From positions 6,882,001-6,946,000 of the forward strand of contig CM035356.1 in NCBI GenBank assembly GCA_020137815.1: a stretch of 64,000 bases of DNA, in the 5' to 3' direction. The notes below the pieces were generated by a model. It was not told where the DNA came from. It did no database searches and saw only the letters and a program-made list of their open reading frames with translations. Each line of letters opens with the position of its first letter. Position 1 is the stretch's first letter. Of this stretch, positions 46,556 through 57,430 are shown piece after piece. Both the position numbers and the translations under genes were made by a program. This DNA is from Hormiphora californensis (lineage: Eukaryota > Animalia > Ctenophora).

Positions 46556-47891
46556 TAGACCGACTTTTTCAAACGGCTATTGCCACGCAACCATATGACC
46601 AATTTTAGTAAACTAAGCGGTATCTGATAGACAATCGATAGAACTAACCGATAACCCCAAACCAAGCCCTACCCAGAGCCTAACGGGTAGCCCCAACCAG
46701 TAACCGGTGACCCGTCTCTACCGCACAGTAGATTTTAACTTTGCCCGGTCTGCACTTAACTTTTTTTCTTTTTATGCACTAGGGATCCCTAAAAAAGTTC
46801 AGTATTTACACAGCGTTTACACAGTCTTTACACAGTCGTTAAACACCCAGAGCGGCGCGTGCTGCGTTTTGCGGCTTTTTCTAAGAAAATATTGGATTGT
46901 GTGCTGCACAATTGAGTAAATTGAGCGCTGCGGCGAAAAAAGTTTCCGAAAACGCTGCAAATCGAGTGCGAAAGACGCAGTCTTTACACCCAGAGCGGCG
47001 CGGGCGCTCTGGGTGTAACGACTGTGTAAAGACTGTGTAAAGACTGTGTAAAGACTGTGTTTTTAAACGCTGTGTAAAGTCCGTTTCAAGCGACTTGACC
47101 CGTAATTCTTGGAATTTGGCGCATTGCGCGTGTATTTACAAAGGGGAAATCCTGAATTTCCAGGAATCTCAGGTCAAGTCGTTTGAAACGAACTTTAAAT
47201 ACTGAACTTTTTTAGGGATCCCTCTTCAGTGAAGAGTCTTCACTGTTGCGACGCGCGCGCATCTGATCTGGGCAATACAGCGTAAATATTTTGCGCTGCA
47301 TCTGTAAAGTCGGATTTTTTGAAACTGTCACCCCCCTGAAATAACACAATTTGCCATATCTCCGGTTCCTGATAAGATAGAGACTTGAAATTTGGAGGTT
47401 CGGAAGAACTTAGCAAGATCTTCGTAACCTCCAAATTTCAAGTCTCTATCTCGTCAGGAACCGGTTTTATGGTCATTTACGAAGTTTGAAAATACCCAGG
47501 GGGGTGACAGTTTCAAAAAATCCGACTTTACCGCGCCTTCCAAACCAGGGCCATTTCCAAATGTCACGTTTCTGGACATTTTTGATGATTTAATTGGAAT
47601 GCGCTGCAGCCCCCTTTGGCATGCGCTGCAGACCCCAAGTGCGCGCGTTTTCCACGGCTTCTAGGGCCTGTAGCATAGGCCAACGGAAAACGTTAAAATC
47701 TGGGTGCCTTTCATTGCTAACAATTCGTAGTTTTGGCGCGCGCGACGGGTTAGGGCTATCCGTTAGGGTCTGGTTAGGGTTTGGTTTGGGGTTACCGGTT
47801 AGGGCTATCGATTCTCTAACTGATACCGTTTAGTTTACACAAATCGGCCATGTGGTTCCATGGCTATAGCCGTTTGAAAAAAGTCGGTCTA
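46556..47891. mobile_element. TIR element containing nested MITEs (46781-47223, 47305-47530)
   Basis: TAGACCGACTTTTTCAAACGGCTAT...ATAGCCGTTTGAAAAAAGTCGGTCTA; degenerate GGTTAG repeats at 47747-47805. Confidence 0.75.
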
Positions 47892-48420
47892 AGTATACTC
47901 TTTTGGCAGCGCGCACCTGTAAACAGGCTGCAAGGCACCCAGATTATAATCGCGCCCTAGGCCAACAGCCCCCTCATGCGCGGGCCTGCAACGTATGCCA
48001 AATGATTTAAAAAACTTTCAAAATGTCTCCAAAACTCCAAAGACTATTTGTAAAGGGAGAGAGCGCTCCCATAACTTGAAGAGCGCTGTCTTATCCTGCC
48101 CTGGTCCATGTCCGTAACGAATCTTGAGAGATTTTATTGAAGAAACCGTCTTTGGACTGCGTCGAAATTCGACGGTCGAATAATGCACGTCGGAGCACGT
48201 TCTTCGGGCACGAGAAAGAGTGAGTGAGAGAGCTTTCTACTTTTCTAATTTTATAAACCTTTAAAACAACTAAAATAACAGGTGAAAAGCTAGACAATTT
48301 TTGGTTTGGTTTTACACAGTTTATTCCAATCATCAAACTTTTCAACACTACTTTAAACAAATTAATTTGAGTTTCAGCAACATGGCGATGTAACGGCCCC
48401 AAAGGGCAGAACGTAAGATA

Positions 48421-49383
48421 ATGGCAGACGAACAACGAGAATTGGACTTTGCTGTAAGACGGATTCTGACGCTGGCCAAAAGTGGAGAGAGCTCTGTCGC
48501 TGGCAATGTCTTAAAAAAGTGCAGGAGCAGTCCAGATTTCAACGATGCTGAAATACCGTCATCAGTTAAAATCAACTCTGTACACACGAAATATGAGCTA
48601 AAGCAACTGATTGAAGAAATGAGCTTTGCAACGTTTATTGTTCTAAAACACTTTGAGCGTCATATCTTTGCCGAGAAATCCCCTGAGATGGTACTCAAAG
48701 AGGAGCGAGATGAACTCAAAGAGGAGCGAGATGAACTGTTGAGAAAATCCCTCGAGTTGCAGGAGCAGGAGGAGAAGTTGAAAGTGGAGTGTGATGATCT
48801 TTTGAGAAGAACTGTCAAGTTACAAGAGCAGGTTATTGAGCTTCAGGGCGAGCAACTGAATCGAGTTACCGAGACGGTACAGAAAGATTTGCGTACTTTC
48901 TCCGCAGTCGTCACACAGAATTGTAAGACTGCGTTTGCATCGAAAAAGATCCAGAAAGCCGTGGAAAAGGTCACGCACAAGCCAGTTGATACCGGCCCAG
49001 ACAGATCGAAAAATCTGATGGTGTTTGGTCTACCGGAATGTGAGGATGAAACTGAATCTGTGTTAAAGGGTGAAGTGGAAAATGTTTTTGCTGAGCTAGG
49101 CGAGAAACCGACCATAGAAGCTAGAAGGGTGGGTTTGAAACGGGGAGGAAGGGAGAGACCAGTGATTGTGAAGCTACAGAGTAGGGAAATGCTGCTGAGC
49201 CTTCTCCAGAAGGCAAAGCAGCTAAAACAGTTAGAATCGTACTGCGGTGTATATCTTGCAAGGGATATGTCCTTCGCAGAGAGAAGTGAGAGGAGAGAAC
49301 TCCACCAAACGTTGAAGGAGTTGAGGGACTCGAATCCTGGAGGCCAATTCCGGGTACGGAGGGGGGTGATAGACTTTTCATAA
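48421..49383 (+). mobile_element. LINE (CR1-type) ORF1 protein, 320 aa, with no ORF2 downstream
   Basis: Coiled coil followed by the RRM-like RSKNLMVFGLPE...RRVG...RPVIVKL and VYLARDMSFAERSERREL, typical of CR1/L2 ORF1p. Confidence 0.8.
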
Positions 49384-49567
49384 TGGGTATCTTCAATGAA
49401 CTTTAATATCTATCGGTAACCCGTATTTGCCCACAAAAAAGGGGCTTATTTATACAATTAAATTGTGTAAATTATATAGATTTAATAATAAAAATAAAAT
49501 AATCCAATCATGCCCATTTGAAATAAAATACCATAATCAACAAGCTCTCAATTATAGTTCTTCCTCC

Positions 49568-52500
49568 TTAAATTGTTGAGTTTCTTCTCTGTAAAGTGTC
49601 CTCATACGAAGTCGTATTGTCTGAACCAACGGCAGTTTCTTGAATCCTGTCTTTCGTTGGCATAGATCTACATCTAGAGCATTTCATCTTCATCTCAATG
49701 CAATTCGATTTGACATCGGTAACTTGGAACTTCTCTTCTGTCTTGTTCACTGGCATTTTATCAGCGGTAGTGTTTTGTTGGCGAGAATTATCTACAGATA
49801 ATTGATCGACTGGCTCGGGTATGACTGGTATACCACGAAACATTCCACGGATTGATGGCCAAGAATTGAAAGTGGCCAGAATTCTTCCCGTGACAGGTCT
49901 CAGCACGTCAATTATTTTAGTCGGGGTATCACTGTACAAAAGTGGGTTTAGAACAGAGTTAATTGGTAGGATATTGAGGGAGAAGACTTGGTACCAGGGT
50001 GACATATCCACAACCTCAGCCGTATGGAGGGCACAACAAATCAGAAAGGGTATCCAGCAACAAAAGTCCGTTAGACACAACAAAGTAACTTTGTGACCAA
50101 GTCTATTATTTGTGCGTCGGTTTGCCCCAACTGCCACTTTTCTTGAAAAGACCACAATTAAAATGTGGCATATCGCCACGACCACAAAGCAGAGAAGGTG
50201 AAGGCTGATGTAGAGCCAGACAAAGACAACCTGAGGATCATTGGAGAGAACAAAAAACTTGAACATACAAACTGGATCGTTACCGTAGAATGATACCTTT
50301 TTACTAGAAACAGTCCCATAATCCGCAGAAAACATTCCCGCTACTATCTCCCGAATTGTAGTCCAGGAAATGTCGGCCTTCCGTCGGGAACGTTCGGAGT
50401 ACCTTACCCCGTAGTAGCCATAGAAAATCTGCAAAAACCGAGACTTATCCACCGTGCCAAGGAAAAGTGCTATATTCTTAGGAAATACAAGTCCGTTGAC
50501 AAACCAATCTTCCAAAGAGTCTAATAGAGGCACTAACGCAAATGCGAGAGACATAAGCATGATCGACACCAGGCATATAGTAACTTTTACTTTAAGGCCC
50601 TGCGAGACTTTTTCAGACTGCCTGAAATGGAGAGCTCTTCTTGTTCCATAAAGCCGGTACACGCTTATACACGCCATGGCTAAGGAGGAAACTGTTGCAC
50701 CGACTGTGTTAAGTACGCCTATGATGTTACAAGGTCGCCCACTTATCCACTCCGATCGATTAACACAGAAATCCGTGCTTTCAATAATATGCAGAATTGT
50801 TAAGGTGAGGAGATAGCAGGGAGTAAATAGATCTCCGAAGGAAATTGCAAGCACAAAGATATGGTTCACAAAGGCCCCATTTTTTTCTGGAAGTTTTTGG
50901 AAACATTCTCTAATGAAGGCTGCAAGTCCTATAAAAATGCCCAGGACCCCCATAATAGATGCGATCACAAAAGTTGCATAATCTTCGATTTTCTTCCTCT
51001 TGCAGCTACTATTGCACTCATCAGAAAAGTCCTTGCAATCTGTTTTTCCATCGCATTTCTGGCTCAGAGGTAAGAACGAGGAATTATCGGTACACTGAAA
51101 GTTATTGGTACAACTGGCTTCCTCATCAGACCTGTCCCCACAGTCATCAACCAGATCACACACTCTCTCAAAAGGAATACATTTTCCATTTTTGCACACG
51201 AACACGTTGTTATGAAATGCAGTTTTTTGCCGGAAAACTGATGTCACAACATTTAACTCCGCGTTAAGTGAGTAAACAGCAATCGGGAGATTATAACATG
51301 AATTATGCAGCACCGGTCTGGTCAAAGGACATACCGCATGTGTACACTGCCCAGTACAGCTGTAAAAGACGTAAGCCTCACCGTAGAGGTATCTACAATC
51401 TTGCTTCTGGTGCAACGTGACAAGGGCTGTTGTGAGGTTTTTACCGAAGAATTGGTGAAATGAATGGTCGAACGTTCGGAGTAAGCATTGCTCCTTCATA
51501 TGAAACACCACCGAGGATAGACCTTTGTTGCACACATTTCCAACCAGTAATTCATTTCCAATTAGTTTGGTGATCGAAGATCGGAAAAGAGTTTTCTTTA
51601 GATTTACCCTTCTTCTCGCACCCTGACAGGCCTCCTCGTCGCACGAATTATGGGTTGAAAAACACATGGTGGAAGTTTCTAGGAATTCTGAATGGTTGCC
51701 ATGACACAAGAACACGTTAGAGCACGGTCTTGTATCCACCTTAATCCTCAGAGTGGTGCCATTGCCGCACTTTTCCCAATTATTTTTCTCATCGACGCCG
51801 CTCTCACAATCTACAACTCCATCTTGGATCCAATCCACCGGAACTCGAGAAAACTTCCCAAACCGTCTCTGACATTTGTGAGTGGTAATTTTTCCAGGTC
51901 CACACCAAATTTTACTCTCATCGATACCACCAGCACAATCCTCTGTGCCATCACACAGCCTATGTTTATGAATAAAACAGTGGCGACCAACCTTGACACA
52001 CTCCAACTCTATCCCATCATCACACAGCCGTGGAGTCTTATTGGCACTACAGATCATATAAATGGAAATAGTGCTGGGATAACCTCTCACCAGACAGCTA
52101 CCCCCAACTTTGGTTGGATCGGTGCAATTAGTTTGGTCCATTCCCGTATATACGCAGTAGGCAGAGGTTCGAACAATCACAGAGAAAAATGTGTTAATTC
52201 GACCTCTCGTTGTCAAGAAACATCTTGAACCATTAAACAAGGGGAAGCTACTGGGGTATCCAAGCATTGTGGCAGACGCTTTACAGTGTGGTGCACCGTG
52301 ATCCCAGGGACGGACAGTACCTTTTTCCGGCATTCCCTGGAACGGCATGAAAACCAGATCGTCAGAAATAGTTCCGTATGTGAGTCCACCTCCACAATCC
52401 CGCTCCTCTACACATGTCAGTTTGAGCATCGGTGTGAGAGTCTTGCCTTTCCTAATCCAGATATCGTCACATATCCCATCGCAAACACCACCAGCTTTCA

Positions 52501-53044
52501 ACTCGACATGGACAACAGTTCCATTTTGCAAAGTTAGCGGATGAAGCATACTGCCCACGGTTTTATCACTACAGGCCTGCGAGTCCCTCTGGACCACCAA
52601 ACCGTTGGAGCCATCCTGACAAACAACCCCACAAACGGGCTGCTGGTCGAACATTTTAACACGACTCATATCATAAAAATTACCTATGCCGCACGCCTGA
52701 TATATAGCGTGGTCGTTTGGGCAGCGCAGAGAAACCTTGATTGATAATGTACGACTCATACCCTCGTAGACAACCTGTTTTGTATAGGTCATATTGGGGG
52801 AAGTGACGCATTGGTAGGTATTCTCGGTACACCTGCGACCTAGGAACCCATCCTCATTTACAATGGGGCAAAGAAGTGTCCCTTCCCCCTGCGTATCAGA
52901 AGACTGAACTTCAGACTTGGTCTCGGCCCCAATTGAGAGAGATCGGATAACGGTGGTCACTGATTTAGTGGTGTCTGTTCTACTTTTGTCTGGGGCGATC
53001 ACTGCTGAACTCAGCGCTAGCCCCATCAATATTATAAGGGGCAT
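49568..53044 (-). CDS. Intronless LDLa-repeat GPCR (GRL101/RXFP-like 7TM, no LRRs seen), 1158 aa
   Basis: Signal peptide; Cys-rich ectodomain with LDLa units (CDGTEDCAGGIDE, FVCKNGKCIPFERVCDLVDDCGDRSDE, CDGKTDCKDFSDE); 7TM with CLTDFCCWIP and LPINSVLNPLLY. Confidence 0.9.
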   Translation of the reverse strand: MPLIILMGLALSSAVIAPDKSRTDTTKSVTTVIRSLSIGAETKSEVQSSDTQGEGTLLCPIVNEDGFLGRRCTENTYQCVTSPNMTYTKQVVYEGMSRTLSIKVSLRCPNDHAIYQACGIGNFYDMSRVKMFDQQPVCGVVCQDGSNGLVVQRDSQACSDKTVGSMLHPLTLQNGTVVHVELKAGGVCDGICDDIWIRKGKTLTPMLKLTCVEERDCGGGLTYGTISDDLVFMPFQGMPEKGTVRPWDHGAPHCKASATMLGYPSSFPLFNGSRCFLTTRGRINTFFSVIVRTSAYCVYTGMDQTNCTDPTKVGGSCLVRGYPSTISIYMICSANKTPRLCDDGIELECVKVGRHCFIHKHRLCDGTEDCAGGIDESKIWCGPGKITTHKCQRRFGKFSRVPVDWIQDGVVDCESGVDEKNNWEKCGNGTTLRIKVDTRPCSNVFLCHGNHSEFLETSTMCFSTHNSCDEEACQGARRRVNLKKTLFRSSITKLIGNELLVGNVCNKGLSSVVFHMKEQCLLRTFDHSFHQFFGKNLTTALVTLHQKQDCRYLYGEAYVFYSCTGQCTHAVCPLTRPVLHNSCYNLPIAVYSLNAELNVVTSVFRQKTAFHNNVFVCKNGKCIPFERVCDLVDDCGDRSDEEASCTNNFQCTDNSSFLPLSQKCDGKTDCKDFSDECNSSCKRKKIEDYATFVIASIMGVLGIFIGLAAFIRECFQKLPEKNGAFVNHIFVLAISFGDLFTPCYLLTLTILHIIESTDFCVNRSEWISGRPCNIIGVLNTVGATVSSLAMACISVYRLYGTRRALHFRQSEKVSQGLKVKVTICLVSIMLMSLAFALVPLLDSLEDWFVNGLVFPKNIALFLGTVDKSRFLQIFYGYYGVRYSERSRRKADISWTTIREIVAGMFSADYGTVSSKKVSFYGNDPVCMFKFFVLSNDPQVVFVWLYISLHLLCFVVVAICHILIVVFSRKVAVGANRRTNNRLGHKVTLLCLTDFCCWIPFLICCALHTAEVVDMSPWYQVFSLNILPINSVLNPLLYSDTPTKIIDVLRPVTGRILATFNSWPSIRGMFRGIPVIPEPVDQLSVDNSRQQNTTADKMPVNKTEEKFQVTDVKSNCIEMKMKCSRCRSMPTKDRIQETAVGSDNTTSYEDTLQRRNSTI

Positions 53045-53454
53045 GTTCCTGCGGGTTAATTATTACATTAGTACCCTGATAAAATCAATCGATTTATTTA
53101 GAGGCATAGCAATGAACATGTCCCAAAAAGGGGCGTAGCGTGGCCTAGCTTAGCCTCGCTACCTCCCGCTTGTCCGGGTCCAAGGAAGGACGGTCAGAAG
53201 GTTATAAACCCTCAACAAGGTGCAGCCCTGCTCGGGATGTAGTAGGCAAGAAGGGTTGAGGGGCTGCAAGTACTGGTAGGGGTCGAGGGGGCGAAGTGAC
53301 CAGTAGGCAGGGGGTCAATTAAAAAGTGAGGAGAGAGGGTCACGCAATCTACAAAGTGGATTTAATGTTGTTTCAAAATATTATGTTATTATTTGTATAA
53401 ATATCGTAGAATCGGTGGAATAAAATTATAAAAAAAGGTTTGGTGCTCTATTCA

Positions 53455-53489
<35 letters not shown>

Positions 53490-53825
53490 CCTCGGTTTGA
53501 ACAAAAGGGTGTATTTCTTACGACAAGGCAATGTTCAAAGTGAATTTAATTTGTTCAAACCCATTTTATTTTATAAAAACGAGGTCAAGCGACAAGCAAG
53601 CCGTAAGGCAAGATTTAATGGGGGGGGGGGGGGGGTTTCAACCATGAAAATTTCCATTGATACCTACTTTTTGGTGAATGGACATTTTATTATTTTTTCT
53701 TCCTGCTGTATTACCCGAAATTTAGGTTACTGTCACTCCTTTGCTTTGCATCAAATCAAAAAATGATCCTCAAGTTTTTTGTAGATCTCGACAAGATCTT
53801 TCTACTAGAACCCTAAACGTCAAAA

Positions 53826-54117
53826 AAGTACCGAATAGCCCCAGTTTACCCTAAATCGTCGAGCCCATCAAGTTTTTGGAATAAATGAATTATTAAAAAA
53901 AGGTTTTAGTGCTCTATCAAGCCTAGGCTTTTCGCGTCTCTCTGTGCCCTCGGTTTGAACAAAAGGATATATATATCCTTTTGTTCAAACCGAGGGCACA
54001 GAGAGACGCGAAAAGCCTAGGCTTGATAGAGCACTAAAACCTTTTTTTAATAATTCATTTATTCCAAAAACTTGATGGGCTCGACGATTTAGGGTAAACT
54101 GGGGCTATTCGGTACTT
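53826..54117. repeat. 292-bp spacerless palindrome
   Basis: Centred on GGATATATATATCC (53965-53978). The left arm also resembles 53420-53510. Confidence 0.9.
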
Positions 54118-54290
54118 ATCAAGAAAACCTAAACAAAATAATATTATTCTTGTACGACGAGTGATTTTAATCGCAATAAAATCACACGTCCGTAAGAAAT
54201 ATATTTCTTACGGACGTGTGATTTTATTGCGATTAAAATCACTCGTCGTACAAGAATAATATTATTTTGTTTAGGTTTTCTTGATAAGTA
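54113..54290. repeat. 178-bp spacerless palindrome
   Basis: TACTTATCAAGAAAACC...GGTTTTCTTGATAAGTA, centred on GAAATATATTTC. Confidence 0.9.
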
Positions 54291-54697
54291 TTATCTGTGT
54301 AGACTCCTGCAGACTCCTTGAGTAAACGTTTTGTGAAAATGAGGCTTGCCACCCAAAAGTGTAGTTAGGAAATCATGTAGTTACGACGAAGTGTTCTATA
54401 ATGTTTGACCTAGACTAGCTGTCCCGTCTTCACATGGGAGAGGAAACCATAGCATTATGAAACATATGTAGTTATTCTTTATTCGCTGATACCCGGAAAC
54501 GAAATCTCAACTTCTGATTGACCAGAAATTAACTTGTCTGGGCACTCATTAGTACACTTGCACGATGATGTTGCCTTGTTATTTGAGTCACAGAGAAATA
54601 GATCACACTTTGCCACAGCTCATTAATTTTATTTCTCTTGTCGAGCGTGAAATTGAAGAAACATTATCTGATCTGAGAGCACCTCTGTATGGAATGT

Positions 54698-54790
<93 letters not shown>

Positions 54791-57430
54791 CTCCATCCTT
54801 CTATCCTTTGTCATTACTCTATCCTTTGTCATTACTCACTATATTATATTGTTTACTCTAGTTAGGTATGGGACATAGGGGATATATCTATTGTTTACAG
54901 TAGTATAGTAGTAGTTAGGTATGCCTACTGCCTAGCCATGGTAGCGGGTTGGTGGCACAGTCACCTCACTTGTTGAGACCTTTGCGGGTTTGCAGTTTGC
55001 TGTGCTACACGCGGGAGTTGTAAGGGGCGTCACCAGCCTGGCGGGGTGAACTTGAACATGGCCTCCTCGACCTTTCCGAGCCTAGGGGATACCAAGCCTA
55101 TATGAACGTATACCATAGGGCCATCAGCCATACACAACAATAAAAAGTAGGATAGGAGATTGGTCACCGTGACATAGACAAATGTGCGAGATCGAAACAC
55201 ATAGGCGTCCGCTCCGTTATTGATTTAGGGGCAAACTTTGTCAAAAATCCGGATGCAACGAACTACTGAAATGATATGCATCTGGTTTATTGCATCTGGT
55301 TTATTGGCAGATCTAGTTTTAAGGAAAAAACCCAAGAGCATCGTCATTTGAGGAAAAGTGTGTTAAAGTTGACGCAATTCTTTAAAAATTCGGCTGCAAG
55401 CTCCTACAGTCTAAACAGTCACGGGACAATGTGCGGGTACTGGGCGAATCGTCATGGCCTTGTGAGTTTGGAAATATACCTGCAGATACATCACAGTGCG
55501 AATTGAGGCGATAATTGGGATTTGAGTTATGCTATAGGTCGGCTAAAAGGCTTGCTGAAACGGCCTATAACGCATTATTTACTGGCGTGAACGTGAGTTT
55601 TCGCCCTCAACAGAGCAGGCACCTACTACTCGCAAAGAAGGCCCGGAGAGGAGTTGGAATGCACCGACGCAAAATGCCAAAATGTAGAGAACGAAACGAG
55701 AACTCGAGATGTTTTTATTAATGGAGATCACAGAGCAATAGACAATTACAGCTCATGAATTTTATTTCGCTTCACGGGACGTAGAAGACATCACGTGAAA
55801 TTAAAGAAACATTATCTCCAAATGCAGCTGAATAAAAATAGAGCCGTCTACCCCATTGTTTTCCCTCCTGACTCGAAGCTCTTTGACAGAAAAATATAAG
55901 ATCGCACTTTGCCTCAGCTTATGAAATTTATTTCTCTTGCCGTGAAATTGAAGAAACATTATCTCTGAGCTGAATAAAATTAAGAGCTGTCTCCCTCCAT
56001 TGTGTTCACTCCTTTGTCACCCTGAGCTCGGTGGTATTCACTATTGTTTAATTCACTAGTTCACTGCATTTGTTATGTTTGGGCGGGGCTTTCTAACAAC
56101 ATGGTCAAGGGATAATTTTGCTGTTGGTGGTGTTTTGTCAAGGGATGGTCATATGAAATTCAAGGTTGTTTTTGTTGTGTTGGTAGTGGCAAGTAGGTGT
56201 GACATGTGTATCTACCAGATGATCATAATACATATGTGGGACGACATTGTGGGTGCACTGCACCCGGGTGTGAAGTGTGAAAGAATTAGCTTCTGTTCCG
56301 GACCACTTTGCCCCAGTGCATTCTATTGTGACACGTGGTATTGGAGGCACCATTTCATTGGTCCGAGCAGGTTAAAAACCACTCCAGCGAGGTGGACCAC
56401 AATACACCTTGTTATGCATATTTTCTTTAACCCTCCTTTAGCGGAGTGCACGGAAAGAGGGTCGAGCTAGGTAAAATAAACCCTTTGTAAGCTATATTAT
56501 TTCTGACGTCTGACTTTGAGAAGGTATTTGATTTAAGAAAAAAGAATAGAGTACGGGGAGAGGAATTTTTGCGTGTTACCTGTCGTCAACACCATGTGTG
56601 GAGAGAGTTTGCTAGCAGACTGGATTCGAGTTTTGCAGTCAAATTTGCAGCGAGTGTTCTAGAAGTTGAGAGATATATCTTAGGTAGCTACTAGAGAAAT
56701 AAAGAGCATGTCTAGATCTAGTATACGTGATGTTTGTGTTTGCCAAGTCAGACTGTTTTTCGCGAGTTTGTACAAAACAAGTTTGTGTGCTATAATTGTG
56801 CTAGGATGTAATGTTTATGTAATGCAGAAATTCAGAATAACGGGGGATATACGTCAACTATGCACGTTCTTTCACTCAGCAGTCTTTTATCCTTGTTTCT
56901 CTAATCAATCTAATGTAATATGCAGTCGCTCATATAATTATTTCTTCCTTGCATTACCAGACATGATGTGAGAAAGGCTGATGAGAGCTAACGTCTTACT
57001 TACTTACTTAGTAGGGCTAGATGGCGCATAGTACTCAGGACCTCCAGAAAATTAGTATTGTGCATAAATATCTAATTGATTTCTGTCAACGAAAATATTT
57101 ATATTTAGCTTTAAATGTAAAACCTTTTAGTAAATTAGTCAAGTACCGGAAGTCGTTCTATTGGATATGTTCCAAGCAGATTTCACCACATCAGATCTCT
57201 CTTACTCTGTATCTCTCTTTTTCTCTCTATCTCTATCTTTATCTCTGTCAGAATCTCTTTCTCTCAGGATTTGTTCATCTCTGATCTCACTGCCACACTA
57301 CTACAATTAAGAATTTCGTTTGCAAAGCCCGTTTTTGACACACTCTTCACCTCTCTTCTTATTTCAGCTAATTTCTTCTTTGATCTCTAATTATATCGAA
57401 TTAACCCCTAATTAACTCCTCTAGCTAATT

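Noticed and set aside
43410-49383. ORF2 (minus) and ORF1 (plus) as one LINE
   Set aside because: They are on opposite strands, point away from each other, and are separated by U6 and nested MITEs.
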